Assembly: GCA_010093815.1 (NCBI GenBank) | Contig: ML996566.1 | Reading direction: 5' to 3' (one strand) | DNA length: 64,000 nt | Origin: Pseudovirgaria hyperparasitica | Lineage: Eukaryota | Shown here: piece by piece, positions 24,986 to 38,800 of the stretch | How the letters are laid out: each line of letters starts with the position of its first letter | Position numbering within the stretch: position 1 is the stretch's first letter | Position numbers and translations under genes: made by a program | Notes under the pieces: model-generated | What the model was told of the DNA's origin: nothing | Seen by the model: only the letters and a program-made list of their open reading frames with translations | Database searches by the model: none

Positions 24986-25701
24986 CGTTGATACTTACGC
25001 ATGGCCAAGCAGAGTAGATGAGGAATAGTTGGGTCCGGGGGATGTGTATATAAATACATCTAATGACTCATCCAGTCGGGGCGACATGGCAGCCTAGCAC
25101 CCATTCCTGAATGGGGTTGTTCTATCTAGGCATGCGGCACAGCTTAGAATACATATATAAATCCTACATGCACTATCATAAGAGAGGTGATGTTATTCTA
25201 CGAACTTGTCATTGTGTAAAGGATCTGCTATAAGTTACTCGTTCAATTTCCACCATTAGAGGCATTTATATACTCCAGCACCACGAAGCTTACACGCGAT
25301 GTGTGTCGGTGTCGAAGTCTCAGTGCCCTACAGGATGTCTCGTTGTAAGAAGATCCCCGACACCATATTTCCGAGCAAGAGCTAGTCCACTTGCCCAAAA
25401 CAGCCAGTGACAGGCCCAGAGACTTGTCCGGATCGCGGCACTCTCATGAAACCTATCAATACTAGTACGACTACAAGAATCGGAGACTGTCTATGCTGCA
25501 TAGAGGACGATTGGTATGTTAATTCTGGAAATCCTAACGATATATTGACCTTCTCCAGAAGATAGTAAACAATGTTACTACAGACAAAGCGAAGACGGTT
25601 GTTGTTGCGATAGAGGCGTAGGCGGAAGGCAGGAGCGAGTGGTGGTGCCGTTTTCGAATTGCTAAAAAGGTTAGCAGGTGTCATAGCTAGTAAGAGTGTC
25701 T

Positions 25702-26442
25702 CTAACCCTCAATGCACATCGATGCTTCTTGCGCACTTTTAGTTTTGCCTCGCCAACAATCTTGAATGATCTCCCCCATGGACCCTAGGCTTCTTGTATC
25801 AGGAAACTTGGACTTGGTAGACAATTTCATTATTTCATCTTCTTCGGCCTCGCCATAGGGCGCTTTGCTCGTTAAGATCTCGTAGAAAGTTGAACCGAGA
25901 GCAAATATGTCCGCGTTAATGGACTTTAAATTTCCGTTACTGCGATGGCTTGCTGTTACCATGATCAACAAGTCAGAATCATCAAGTGAAGAGCCACCAA
26001 AGTCTGCAACCTTTGTACGTAGTGTATCATCCAAGAAAATGTTATTGCAATTCAAATCCCCGTGGACGACTCCGTTGGCATGAACAAACGAGAGCGTATC
26101 TGAGAGCTCTTGACACCACCGAAGTCGCTGTTCAAGACTAATTGTACTCTTATGCTCTTGGAGGTATGAGAGAAGGCCCTGATTTGTAGCGAACTCAAGT
26201 CGTAACCCGTCCTTGAATTGTCCAAAGTAGCGAAGGAGACCATCATGTCCCCCTTGTTGTGTAAAGCGCTCATATATTTTTCTTTCAATCTCAATGGCTG
26301 CTTCATCCATTGCCGAATGAGGAACTTTTATGACAGTGTTAGACGCAGAGTCGAGGAACACCAAGCCAAATGTTCCCCATGCAATGATGTTCTTCACACT
26401 GAACCCAGATGGAATGTTCATTTCCTGTACGTCGGAACTCAT
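25702..26442 (-). CDS. Ser/Thr protein kinase-like protein
   Basis: Gly-loop-like AWGTFGLV, VIK, HGDLNCNNIFLD catalytic loop, ADFGGS, DIFALG, CW. Confidence 0.9.
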   Translation of the reverse strand: MSSDVQEMNIPSGFSVKNIIAWGTFGLVFLDSASNTVIKVPHSAMDEAAIEIERKIYERFTQQGGHDGLLRYFGQFKDGLRLEFATNQGLLSYLQEHKSTISLEQRLRWCQELSDTLSFVHANGVVHGDLNCNNIFLDDTLRTKVADFGGSSLDDSDLLIMVTASHRSNGNLKSINADIFALGSTFYEILTSKAPYGEAEEDEIMKLSTKSKFPDTRSLGSMGEIIQDCWRGKTKSAQEASMCIEG

Positions 26443-26974
26443 GTTTGCCAGGAAGGAGAGCTATCTGTGAATTGGAGTTGACCCCGATCAGCTCGATGTC
26501 GGCCTGGTGCGTAAATAGAATTAGTCCATCGAACAACACGGAAGAAGGCGGCGCGCACCTACAGGAGATTGGGGCTGGTTTGCGGAAGGTGCTACACCAA
26601 AGGGTCTTAAGCAGCAGGCAGCCCGTAATTCGGGAGAGGTGTTCCGCTGCAGCAGTTTGACATCATATGGATGTCTTGAGGGATGAATTGTGATTGATCG
26701 AATGCGGTCGTGGCTGTTCGGACGTAGCTGGGACCTATGGCCTCGCGCTGTCACAACTTGACAATCGTAGTACGAAGGTGCTGTTCGTGTAATGGTATAT
26801 TGTCTATTGGTAGAATGTAGAAGAAGCCTACCATAAGCTCCACTGAGATACTAATTACCCACGCCTACCATAGAGATATCCTTCTCTCTCTATACAAGTA
26901 AGTCTACTAAGTATAGCTCTAACCCATCTAGGCCTACGGCGGCTTGGATGGCAAAGGGACCGTGCCTGATTGTA

Positions 26975-27187
26975 CAGCACAATCTATTGATAAACAATGG
27001 GAATATTGCAAGTCTGCTTGACTGGGAATACGCAGGTTGGTATTCTAAGTATGAGAATTATATAAAGTTCTTCGAGAGACCATCCAAAGACATAGACTAG
27101 AAGAACCGAGTAAGTCAAATCTTTCCTTAGTCTTATAGTGTGGAACTAGCTTGCCATTAAGCCATTGTTCGGTGGTAACGACCGTAA
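26975..27187 (+). pseudogene. APH/choline-kinase-like phosphotransferase C-terminal fragment
   Basis: QHNLLINNGNIASLLDWEYAGWYSKYENYIKFF..ID*KN..IFP*SY..ELACH*AIVRW*RP*. Contains the DWExAGWY motif and four RIP-type internal stops. Confidence 0.75.
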
Positions 27188-27526
27188 TCCTATTATTAAT
27201 GTATATACTATATACTCTTACCATAGTTTATCTAAAGTATTACTTTTTCATCATTGGTTTTTAAAGCGAATCTCTAATATAGTTACAACTATATCTAAAA
27301 TAAATGTTCTTATAGATATGTAATGCTTTAAGACATAAGATAAAAGTATATTTATATAAATCTTAATGTAAACATATATACAGATAAACATATTAGTAGA
27401 CTATGTTATTAGACTAGTTCATATGAAGTAAGTTACTAAGATACGGTAAAATAGTACAAGAACAAGGAAGATATAGGGTATAGCGCAAGAAATTTCAAAG
27501 ATTAGCTACATGTAGGTGGTCATAGA

Positions 27527-30162
27527 TCAAAAGGCTTCTGCCTCTCCGTCGCCTTCAAGCATTCTCCTCGCATTAAATAGGCGTCTCCTCCAGAGCTTTC
27601 GGTCGTAGGTGCCTGGCTCTGTGGATTGTAGCTCCCTGTATACCATTTCAAGACTGTCGGCAAGAGAGCGGAGGAGGGCCGTATCTTGATTTTCAAGCGA
27701 CGATTGCCCTTGTTCAGATTGCACTGAGGTCAAAATAGCCACGAGCATGTCGGGTATGCTCTTAGACTCTGTTATGCTGCTCTGCTTATCAAGGATATGC
27801 ACAACAGAGTCGACGCGGTGATTCTGGAAGCCTGGGCTCCCGAGTGAGGATATACGTTGAGGCAAAGGCGGCGTAGGAGGAACAAACTGTTGGTATGAGT
27901 TTTGACGAATTAGTTGATTGGTGGCCTCGTCCAGGGCTTCGTGGTCATCGTGATAATCAGATCCCGCATTTCGAGAGCTTCGGCCTTCTGTAGCAGTTGC
28001 GAATGTCTGTACAGTAGAAACGGAATCATTACTACGAGTACGACGATGAGTCAAGGTTAATTCTTGTGAGCTCCTCGATCTTGATGCAGTGGCTGCTGAA
28101 GCACTGCGAGGTGGCGACGAAGGTCGTGTTGTTTCGACCGAGTCCTCGGAACCGACACTGCCTCTCCGGTTTCGATCAGCCGTGTATGTACCCATAGCAC
28201 TGTGAAGGAAAAAATTCTCATAGTCGAAGGCATCCGCGCGATCCTCATGTCGTTCAGCGACAGGCTGTTCCCATTCAGCGTCTTCGTAGACAGACTCTGT
28301 ATCCCCTGTCGAAGAGGCCTCACCGATTGCTTCGCGCTCAAGCTCATCATTATCGTTGTCATCTGGTGATCGACTCCGTTCCTCATCCTCATAGTGGTCT
28401 GTGTGGATGGTGGTGCTATCCTGATAGCTCGGGTCGTTGTCTTGGGGGGTGGACTCTGTGCCCCAGTCGCGGAGATCGGTCAGGAATGCATTTTTATCTT
28501 CATACTCATTAAGGACATTCAAGTCGTCCATCTTCTGGTCACTGCTTCCTCTCACATGTTTTGACGAGCTTTCTGTGTGATGAGAAGGTAGGTCATGACT
28601 CTGCGCTGTTACCGGTGATGGCTCTCCTCTCCATCCAATGCCTCCATCTGTGGCAATCGGGCTGCCCTCTTTGTACGCGTCTGTACCAGAATACCAAGAC
28701 TCAGCAGCAGTGAATGGACTGGGCGTTCGCAAGGTCTGTAGACTCTTTCGTTTCATACCCTCTTCCTTTGCACGCTCCTTCAACGACGAAATACGTCCCT
28801 TCAATTCTTGCATTTGTGTTTTCAGGTCGCTTGTCGTAGATGCAGAACGTTCGATTTCGGTATTTGGGAACGCTTCGTCCTCAGGTAGGGTGTCTAGATT
28901 AGCATTCGGTGACGCTCTCGGATCCGGCGACAGTCTTCTCGCAGTCTGCGCATCCGCGGCACCTTGCCATGCATGCAGTCGTTCTTGACGCATTTGTTCC
29001 TGGCTCCGACTTGAGCGAATTGAAGGAGTACGAGCGAATGAGACGGTGCCCTCTGACGGCGACCATTGTCCTCTAATCGGCCCAAGAGCACTAGAAGCGC
29101 GCTTCTGAGAATAATGGATCTTCTTGACTGCGCCAGCTGGTAAAGAGGATGGCGTAAAAGTCTCACTTGATCCCCTCGTATGGCCGGGCGTGATGTTTGT
29201 GAGAGGAGAATTATCATGAGGTCGGGGAGGTATGGACCCAATGCCGCCATACAGTCTTCGATCGCGCTCACGCGCAGCATGAATTTGCGCGGAGAGCTCG
29301 GTCTGCATCTTCAAACTACTGAGAGCCTGTGAAGGGACTAAGAGCGAGGATCGGGCACCGCGCAGGTTCCCTTCCATGACCTACTCCACATTAGAAAAGT
29401 GACGGCAAAAGTTTAGGAATATGAACCGACATTCAATCGCTTTTTTGCGTTAGCAAGAATCATCTCTGCGCGCTTGCTCAGGGCAGTATGCGAACTGAGA
29501 TCATACTCGCTCCCGTCCTGCTCTTCATTTCCTGGCTCGTCATCTATACCTTTAGGCCTTGGAAGCGCTGCCAACTCATCCTCTGCTTCATCATCACCGC
29601 CAATATTATCTGCATCTCTTCTGCGCGTCTCGCTCGGTACAAGATCATTGTTCAAGTCCAGGAGCTCAAACGTTTCGGACATGGTGTCCAAAGCGGTGGC
29701 TTGGGCCTTGTTCGCGTCTGGCTCTTCCGCGCGCAGTTGGCCTACCGGCGAATTACTCCTCGAGGTGTCGTGAGGGTAGTGGTAAGCATTGAGGGTGCTC
29801 TGCGAGGGAGTCGAGCGCAAAAAATTTGCTGCTACCATAAGATCGACCGAACGGCTATGCTTCTGAGGCGCGGGACTGGTTTCATTGTTTGACGGTGCGC
29901 TGTACGACGAGAATGTAGTCGAAGTCGGTGTCATAGTGCGCGGAGACGAAAGGCCACGGTGGCCCGGTGGCGCATCCAAAAGCTTGATGGAGTTCAATTG
30001 TTGCACGAAGATGGATGGTGAGGACGGACGGTCGGGTTGTGTCAGAGGATAGTCTTCAGTGTGGCCCTGCTGACCATCTGGAAGAATCATGTCGGGATTC
30101 GTCAAGGTTGGGGAGGGCGGGAGGATGTCGTGTCGGAAATTTCGTGTAGCCATGGCAGCCAT
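27527..30162 (-). CDS. Conserved fungal hypothetical protein (low complexity, coiled coil), 2 exons
   Basis: ORFs 29413-30162 and 27527-29377 are joined by a GT..AG intron ~29381-29430, giving SKRAEMILANAKKRLN|VMEGNL. Further conserved-looking blocks include HEDRADAFDYENFFLHSAMG. Confidence 0.85.
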
Positions 30163-32049
30163 TGTCTCCCAAGTGGAATATGGGGACGCCCTGCAGGAAG
30201 CGGCCCACCTGCAAGTGATGGGTTCAAGGCCTGTCTGTTCAGGGATCCGGGTTTGGATGTTGGCCTATGGCTGTATGCTGTATGCGCAGGCGTGAGTAGA
30301 CCTAAGCACGAATTGCCGGCGCCTCCAAGAGCGACGATGGGTCGGGGCTTGGATGTGATGTCGAGGTGGAGCCGATCTTGCGAATTGAAAACATGAAGTC
30401 CTGAATCTTGAAGCTATTGCGCTGGGGAAATAACGGTTTGATAACAGAACAGACAACAAGAAGCAAAGAAAGTCTTGGTGGGGCGGCAAGGGGCATCACC
30501 TAGCCCAGCATAGCTAGCTGAGCTGCTAATTACTACTTTAGGTACCTGGATAGGTACTGGTAACTATACCCTCTCATCACGTCCACGGGTCTCAGACTGA
30601 ACCGAGGCTATCTATCAGCGCGGCCAATGAGACCGGCAACTACAACACAATAATTATAATGACACATCAAGAAGAGGGATAATGACGCTGGCAGTCAAGT
30701 CTAATTGCATGCGCACTGGATGCTGACGTTCAGAATAGGGCAATTCTGCAGGAGCCAGTGAAGGTAATTAGTATGCTACCCAGTACGCATCTCCAGAAAA
30801 CTATAAATCCATCCTTACCTAGGATCAGGTGTGTTCTTCTTTCGAAATTCGGCGCGCCAGGCACAGGTCCGTGTCTAGCGAACATGTCACTTTTTAGCGC
30901 CTGTAGATCTATGGGATACCTTTGACCTCGTCAGTAATTTGTTATGATGGCCTCCGGAGAAGATGCAGACCCAGACACGTACATCAGCGTATCATGCTCC
31001 AGGCTGACTCACACGAAGACACGTCTAGGACACACAGAACATATTAGCCCATATGATGCAACGAGGAAGAAAATGCTACCAATTGAGCTGTGTAGAATGA
31101 TCGGGCTAGGTAAGGACGCCTAGAACGGTTGTCCCTAAGCCTCCACTGACAACAGTCTCGATCCCGTCCAACCTCCCTATGACAATATCATCGTCAAAAC
31201 GTTAATGTCAGACGTCTCATTCGCTAAAGTACTCAAGAATGCGCTAACAACAAGCTTATTATTATGACGGCTCGCACGCACCGACATAGCAGCCCAACCC
31301 AGGGCCATCCTTCATGATCGTCTGAACCCTCGCAGCTCTCGTTCTTCGTAATCAAGATGAATGCCTGCAAAGTTATAACGTCAACCTAGATGGACTCCCT
31401 TACTCTTTGTATATCCTACAACTTATGCATCCGCCATCACGAATAATCCAAGTCCCCTTGGCTCACTCACGTAAGGCCGTCCCATGAGACCGCCCCAACT
31501 ACTGTTACCATTATCACCACTCACTTCCATTGAGCCTTGATCAACTTGATACGACTTCTACTTAATTGAGTTCCTTTCGAGGTTCAATGACTCCTTAGAC
31601 AGAAACAGCATTTTGAGTTATAATACACCCATGGATATGCATATCTGACAGGAGCGAAATGCTTTACTCCGATATTACTCATAAAGCTTTCAAAACTCAG
31701 GTATACGATGTACTAGATATTCTAGTACCGAATAAATGCCTTGTGATTGACGTGTTATATCGCAGACGTTTCTCTGGCGTCTAACAAGACGCTTCGATTA
31801 AGACTAGTATTTTCTATTTCCGTAGTCTATCTTGTCTTGTAGAAAGATACTCTTAATATACCGTATTCATAACATTAAATGCACTATCACCATGTCATAG
31901 TCCAGCTTGTTTACAAACCATGGATCTACTCCGACGCCAACTGACACTGTATTTCCTATGCGATGGGCCCAAGATGTATCCCACCCAAACCCCCCGAAAC
32001 CCAAGACTACACTTGCTCAGCTGTAGACTTCATGCCGCATCGACACCTC

Positions 32050-33240
32050 TCACTGTATAGGCATACCATCAGTAAAGCCTGGACTGCGACTGAATTGTTT
32101 TCCCGCACGTGCCCCGCCACTCATTCCATATCCTGAGAAGCTAGTGAAAGAGTCCATGTTTCCGGCAGGTCTACGAGCAGACCTCTCCGACACGTCTGGA
32201 TAGCTGTTTGGGTTAGGTGCATGGCCTCGATTGACTGGGAGCTGTACCCTGTGCGAAGGCGTACCCAAATGCACGGTATCTGAGGTAGTCAGTTAATATG
32301 CTTATTTTCGACACAGGTAACTGACGTCCAGAAAGCACTCTTCCCATGCTTGACATGTTGTAAGCATTCGGAGTGCCATATCCGTACGAAGGATTCCTGT
32401 CGTCTTCTCCACTTTGCCGTCGCAAGTGTGATTGGCCTTTGCCGGTCATGTCCCTCTGAAAGTGAGCTGGGGCGGGATTTATCATGCCGCTGCCATGACC
32501 TCCATCACCATAATGTTGGGTCTGACGACCTGATCGCAAAATCTCGTCAGCATTGTGAGAGGCAGCTTTTGCAACGTGAGGCTGCATGGTCTTCGATTTC
32601 AGATTCATGTAGCACTTGTTTGTCTGGTTGTACTGCTTCGTTTTCGCGGCGAGCTGGTCGTGAACTTCAGCATACTTGGCCTTCAAGTATGTAATTTGGT
32701 CACCTGCAGCCTTCACTTTGCCTTTCAATCTGGCAACTTCGGCGTTGGCATCATGTATGACATTCTCGAGGTGAGATTCGGCATTCAGACATTGCTCATT
32801 CAAGTTCCTGACCTGGTGTTCTTGATAGAAGCTTCTTTGGTCAGCTATATGCGAAGCAGGGGCATTTATCCTCACATCTCTTGAGTGGTCTGATAACAGT
32901 AGAACTGCAGGCCTCTTCCAGCGCACTCCATAATGATAAATGGACTCAGACCGCTCAGGATACTTGTCTTGTAGTCCTGTGTAGGGTTGAGCTTGCTCAC
33001 GACTGCATCATCTGGGTTCAGTAGATGAGCATGGCAAGCGGGACAATCCCTAGTAGCGTTGAATGGCTGTGTGAGACCCAAGTCGTTCGCACAAGCAATG
33101 CAGAAGATATGACTACCCAAGATATTTCAGTCTCCAAGAGCATGCAAAGCATGAGATACTCACCTGCAGGTGGTGACGATTGCTTGTTCATTCAATTCGG
33201 CTCGACAGGTTTGCACATTGCAACGTAAAGAGAATTCCAT
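32050..33240 (-). CDS. HEI10: Meiotic RING E3 ligase HEI10/CCNB1IP1 homologue (multi-exon)
   Basis: MEFSLRCNVQTCRAEL..AIVTTC|SHIFCIAC..CPAC..LNPTQDYKTSILSGLSP..IMECAGRGLQFY, followed by a coiled coil and a disordered tail. Confidence 0.85.
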
Positions 33241-33662
33241 CTTCAGTATCGTGGTTATGGGCTTCTTAGCCGACTTACGGGTCGACGTAGGTGATCAGAT
33301 TCTACTAGAACTACCTACCTGATGCTGTATTCTGGGAAAATTTGCGGCGGATAAGTGAAGTATGGAAGGCGCGCAAGGTGCAACATCCATCAGTCATTAC
33401 GGAGCCTGCATGGAAGCAGCGGCCTTAGCCACACACATCTTCAACCTGTATAAGGTAGGTAGGACGAGAGGAAGGTAGAGAAGTGAGGTAGGTAACGTTC
33501 ATGAGCACGTAGATAGCAAGGGCTTCGGGGATCGAAAGCATTCGCCGCAGCAGAGATAATAGTTTACTTGTGTTCTACTTCTCAAATTTTTTTCTGGGGG
33601 TTTGTTGGGGGCGCGGGGAGCCCATCCGTATATACGCAGCATGTGTGCAGGTACTACAATGA

Positions 33663-34776
33663 TCACCTAAACCACCAGTTCGCCTGTTTGATGTTAGCTA
33701 CGTCCTGGTCGTGTAGTTCAGAATATATCCCATACCGAACCCACGATGCCTTGTCCAAGACCTTTAACACTGTGCCACCAACCCTTGGGTATATACAAAG
33801 CATCTCCCGGTCCGATCGTCGTCTCGAGAGTATTGGCGAGACCGATCGTTTGCATGCGCTGCTCGTCCTCGGCTGTTGCTCCTGGAGGAGGTTTTCCTGA
33901 CTGACGATTCCAATATATCCTTGCTTCATCAGATGGTATGTCTCCGAGACACTCAAGATCCTCTGAAAGCTTCCGAGTACCGTCATCTCGCCAAACCAGT
34001 TTATCTAGGATGTCTCTTTCTTTGCCAACCATCATCTCTTCACCTCGAATACGCGCATCCATCTTATATGCCTTTTGAAAGACTCGTGATTTGGCTTGCT
34101 TGTATATTGCATCTCCGACATCTGGTTCTGCAAGTCGTATCACCTTACGCCCCGCTAGTTGTACGAGTACGTTGTGATTCGGATCGCGATGGAATGGAGT
34201 ATATGTAGGTGCACGGCCGATCCAAATACTGCTGCTATATGCATCGCCTTTTGCGCCCCAATTTGTCATCTTGGGCTTGACTAGATCTGCCTGCATTTCT
34301 GGCGGAAGCTCGTCAATTGGGCATTGCGCAAGGTATACATTTGTGTCTTGCGGTGCGTCCGCCGAAAGCTTCATGAACATACTCAATGGCATCATAGTCC
34401 GGTTAAAACACTCGCCTCGACTCACCTCCACAGGAACGAGATGGTCTCCGTATTGTTCGAGGTATTCTACTTTCAGCGCGGGATGAGATTGTGACTTCAG
34501 CCCAGGTAGAAACCACTTTGAAATTGCCGGCATCTGAGCATCGCGGTACTGTCGGCACACCAAAGGACGACTTGGCTCATTGTAGTAGCGATCTTTGAAA
34601 GTCCCTGGATGTACTTGCTCGTGGCTGCGAAGAAGTGGCACGCCACCGGCCGTCAGTTCAAAGGGAGTTCTCACCCATGCGAAAATATTTGGGTTGAACA
34701 CGGTTCTAAGGGATCGATTCTTGATCAATCTCCACCAGGAATAGGACGCCTTTCGTATGATGAGCTCTCGTTTCAT
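33663..34776 (-). CDS. JmjC/cupin-8 domain protein (JMJD5-like hydroxylase)
   Basis: YLAQ, TPFHRDPNHN (HxD), PGDALYIPKGWWHSV, and a short last exon ANWWFR* after an intron. Start codon uncertain. Confidence 0.88.
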
Positions 34777-35121
34777 GTGCGGTTGTCGAATATGCCAGCG
34801 GCAAGGTATGTACAAGTGGGAGAAGTTACAGCCGTGAATGGAAATTCAAGCGCTGGCATCAGCCACAGATCCCGCCACGAGTATTCCAAGCCACCTCGTC
34901 GACGGTACTAGTCAGCGCCCTATTTGCCGGACTAAGGCCGCGCAGCTCGAAAACCCACCTTGATTGGGAGCTGTCGCATGCTTGCATCTGGTATTACAAC
35001 TTGCGAGACGTCACCCTATCTGAACTTTTCGAACGTCAATCTATCTAAACTCTTCGGATGTCGCCCTACCTGAACGTTTAAGCTTATATGTAAAGACTTT
35101 ATAGTGCTCACCACAGCAGAT

Positions 35122-35609
35122 ATGAGTGTAAGTTGCGACTGTAAATCATTCAGTACCTCGGCGTCTCGCGATATCAAGTCACAATGCTAATAATGATGCA
35201 GTTCGTACCTCTAAATCCGCGGCCTATGCTGCAAAATCTGTGCGTATTCCAAATATTTCATACTCCTGGCAAGCTCCAGCCAACATTTTCAACCTGTTCG
35301 TCGGCCTTTGAACACTAACAATAGTTGCAGTGTCAATAACGACGTGATCGTGCGATTGAAGTGGGGTCAAACCGAGTACAAAGGCAAATTGATCAGTGTT
35401 GACTCGTATATGAACATTCAACTAGCTGGTACTGAGGAATTTATTGATGGCTCAAAGACCGGCGATCTAGGTCAAGTTCTAATAAGGTACGTCAGGCCCA
35501 GCTACTCTGACCATTGATCGCAGGGCTTCATGTTGATTATATCGGCAGATGCAATAACGTATTATGGATATCGGCGGCTGATAAGCATGACGCGTCTATG
35601 AGCGGATGA
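35122..35609 (+). CDS. SMX3: Small nuclear ribonucleoprotein Sm F (4 exons)
   Basis: [60 protein letters not shown], with canonical GT..AG introns. Confidence 0.95.
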
Positions 35610-35819
35610 AGGCACTGCTAGGCAGGACACAGGTGCGACGTTCGGAAGGGAAAAGGCAGAAGATGACCTTCGATCATGGGTGGATTTCAAAGGCCTGGAA
35701 GCTCTGCAAACGCGGCGGGCGCATTTGTGACGACGAGTGCATAAGGCAAGAGAAGTCATCAAAAGATGGGCAAGGCCGTGAACCAACGACACACGTAGTT
35801 CTACGACGGTATCCAAGCC

Positions 35820-38800
35820 TTATTCCATCTCCTCCACCAATGAAACCCCCCCAGTTAGCTCGCCAGTCTCGAACTGTATACCACGAAGACCTGCCGATAG
35901 ACCGTTGTCCATTTCAATTTCATGATGCACAGCCTCGCGCCCAACGGCCATTTTCACCGTCAATGTCTCCAATCCGTCAATAACAGCCTCTGCATGACCT
36001 CGCACAGTTTCATCGCGGTCCTCGCTGGCCAGCCACCTCATAATCTGCTGCATATCCGACCATTTCCTGCTTCCTTTATGGAGCAAGTGATCCACAACCG
36101 TAGTATCGTTCCCCTGAAGCAATGAATCGATGCCTCGTAATATGGACATGACCACCATGACAGCAGCACGACGCAATATGATACGATCTGGCTGCAACTC
36201 AAATACAGATATTGATAGCGCTATATCAATGGCATGCACCATTCCATCTCTCAACTCGATTATATGCACGTGTGATTCGAAAAGAGTACACAGTATCGAA
36301 AGAGCAGAGGTCCGCACGCGAACATCTTCCTCGAGACCTGTATCTTCCCACCCTTGTACTATACTCTCCAGATACTCGCGTTCTTTCGCCTGCTGAGTTG
36401 TTTCGGGCTCATGATTCGGATCAATGAGCTTCATGTCAATCTCCGGAAACCCCCCTCCCCATGCCTTAAAACCGTCTTCGTGCTCTCGCTTGATTCTTGT
36501 AGCCTTCTTGACTGCGGCTGCTTCGCGTGCCGCTCTTGTTAATGGCCGATGGCCTCGTCGACTTGCTAATTTCAAGCATACCTCGGCGATTGCAGCAGCA
36601 GCCGTGGACCTGCTGTCATGCGAGGTCTGACCTTTGACGAGTGCATATTTTCCGAGACTGTCGATTGCCTCGCCGATGCGTAGTCGCCCGTCTATGCCGC
36701 CGTTGTTCTTTTCTTCGACGTCTAGGAATGCATCGAGAGTGATACGGCACACGAAATGAGGACGACTATGTTCTTTGCAGAGTTTGGTGAGAGCCCGGAT
36801 GGCGGGGAGATAAACGTAGGAGTCTGATTCCATGCGGATCACTTGGACGAGGAGATGAGCTGTTTGAGGTACGTCCAGTTTTACTGAGCAATGGTCGTCA
36901 ATGAGACCATCAATTTGCGCTATGGCAGAAGCGCGAATTGGGGCTTCTTGCGCAGCGAGATCTCCTATAATAGCATCCCAGGCTGGCCTTGACACGCGGT
37001 CAGCTTTTTCCCAATTCACCTTTTCCTCAGATGTCCCAATCCATAGATTGATGATATCCAAGGCTGCTGTTGCGGGGTCTACGAGGTTCGTGGAAAATCT
37101 TTCGTTTCTGGAGCAAATATATCGCAGTGATGCAGCTATGCCTCGGAGAACCTTGTCCGTCACGTCGTTGCGCGGCATCGAGGATGTAAGGAACAAGCTC
37201 AAGATGCTGATGCCAGTTATCGCTAGATCTTCAAAATCAGACTCCATAGAGGACAATGAGTTTTGACCTTGCTCCCTCTTTGTCTCAACGATACGCCCAA
37301 GACTCTTGATCGTCGGATCTTTCAGCGAGAAGATGTTGCTTTGTCGCTGCTGGTCAAGGGTTACGAACTCTTGCATGATCTGGTCAAATAAAGCCATTAG
37401 TCGACCAGGATCTTTGATCAACCTTTTCTGCAGCTTTTCGAGTATAGCCTGAGACAACTTAGCGTTGATCAGCATACCGAAAGCATCGCTGTGAGAATCT
37501 TGACCTAGTGTCTTATTGGCCGACTTCAATGTTGCAGGCGTTAGCCAACGTCTCAGTATCTCGCAGAAAGCTGATGTGATAACATCATAGTTAATTTGGC
37601 TGGTTGGCAGCAACTTGACGAACGTCTGAGTACGTTTATCGATGCTTTCGAGGTTCGCCAGCGCACTCTCCATGTATTGGCCAACGAGGGGGCGAAGACG
37701 AATATCAACTCCGCCATCTGCACCAGTCGAAAAGGTCCACTGAGATGACCCATCCCAAAGGAGATTCCTAGCTATCTCGTCGATCTGATGCACTTCTGAT
37801 TCTAGCTCGAAGTATCTTTTCAGGATGGACTCAAGAACGACGGACCATCTCTCAGGAACAATAACTTTCTCTTTTGGAGCCTTCACGCAGTGAAGTAAAC
37901 CCCATAGACCAAGCTTTACAGGTCTGACAAGCCTAGGTGTTACACCTGTGTTCGGGTGCGAGGATATGATCGTGGCCATTCTTTCCAAAGCTTGTAAGAC
38001 TTTACCTGAGGGCACAACCACAGTGAATGCGTCCTCACTATTCTTTAGAGAGCTGTAGTCTTGTTTTGGGTTTATTGCTGCGATCAAAGGAATGGCAAAA
38101 GTATTCCAGCCTGGCTTGCCAGGGGCTCCGGTAGATCGTTTGCTCAAGAATCCACTCGAGATTATGTGACCGGCCGCTCGAGCCATGTCTGACCCCTCGT
38201 TTCCATCCAACATGTTCCACAATTGGGGTGCTATTTTTTCGATCCATTCTTCCATCCTCATAGACGCTGGTGGTGCAGCAATTAGCTTGGTGGCCTGTTG
38301 CATAATCGATAGTGTAATAGGCAGTCGACTCGAGAGGGCCTGTCGTTGATCTCCACCATTCGGCTGATGTGACATTGATATGTACTCTACTATATGCCTA
38401 ATACCTCGAGAACGCAGGGGTAAAAGTGAGAGTGACTCCGTGATATGTGGTCGCATCCATATCGGTAGATCTTGGGATACATAAGATGTAAGAAGCGGTA
38501 GAAGGCGCGATGTTGGAGTCCTAAGGGATTAGCTATATGTTTCCCAGGAGGTGTTCACATGGATCAAGACATCGGAGATGAAATCGATGGGTTACTTACT
38601 TGACCAAGAGAGTAGCAAATCGCCGTTGCCATAGTGCCTGATCTTCAGTATCTGCTATTCTTGGTGCGAAAGCCAATTCAGCAAGGGCAGACACAAGATC
38701 AGGAAGGAATCTTTGGGATATGATTGGCGATATGCCTCCGTTGGGGTCGGTACCCAGACGGTCAACAGTCTCACATATTGTCTTTAAGCACCATACTTTG

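Noticed and set aside
1..27500. Starship element with DUF3435 captain
   Set aside because: No DUF3435-type gene was recognisable. The YR-like motifs found lie inside the DUF3505/RecQ protein. A captain outside the window cannot be excluded.
31550..31870. Mildly AT-rich patch downstream of HEI10 as a RIP relic
   Set aside because: CpA/TpG dinucleotides are still common, which is consistent with ordinary terminator/intergenic DNA.
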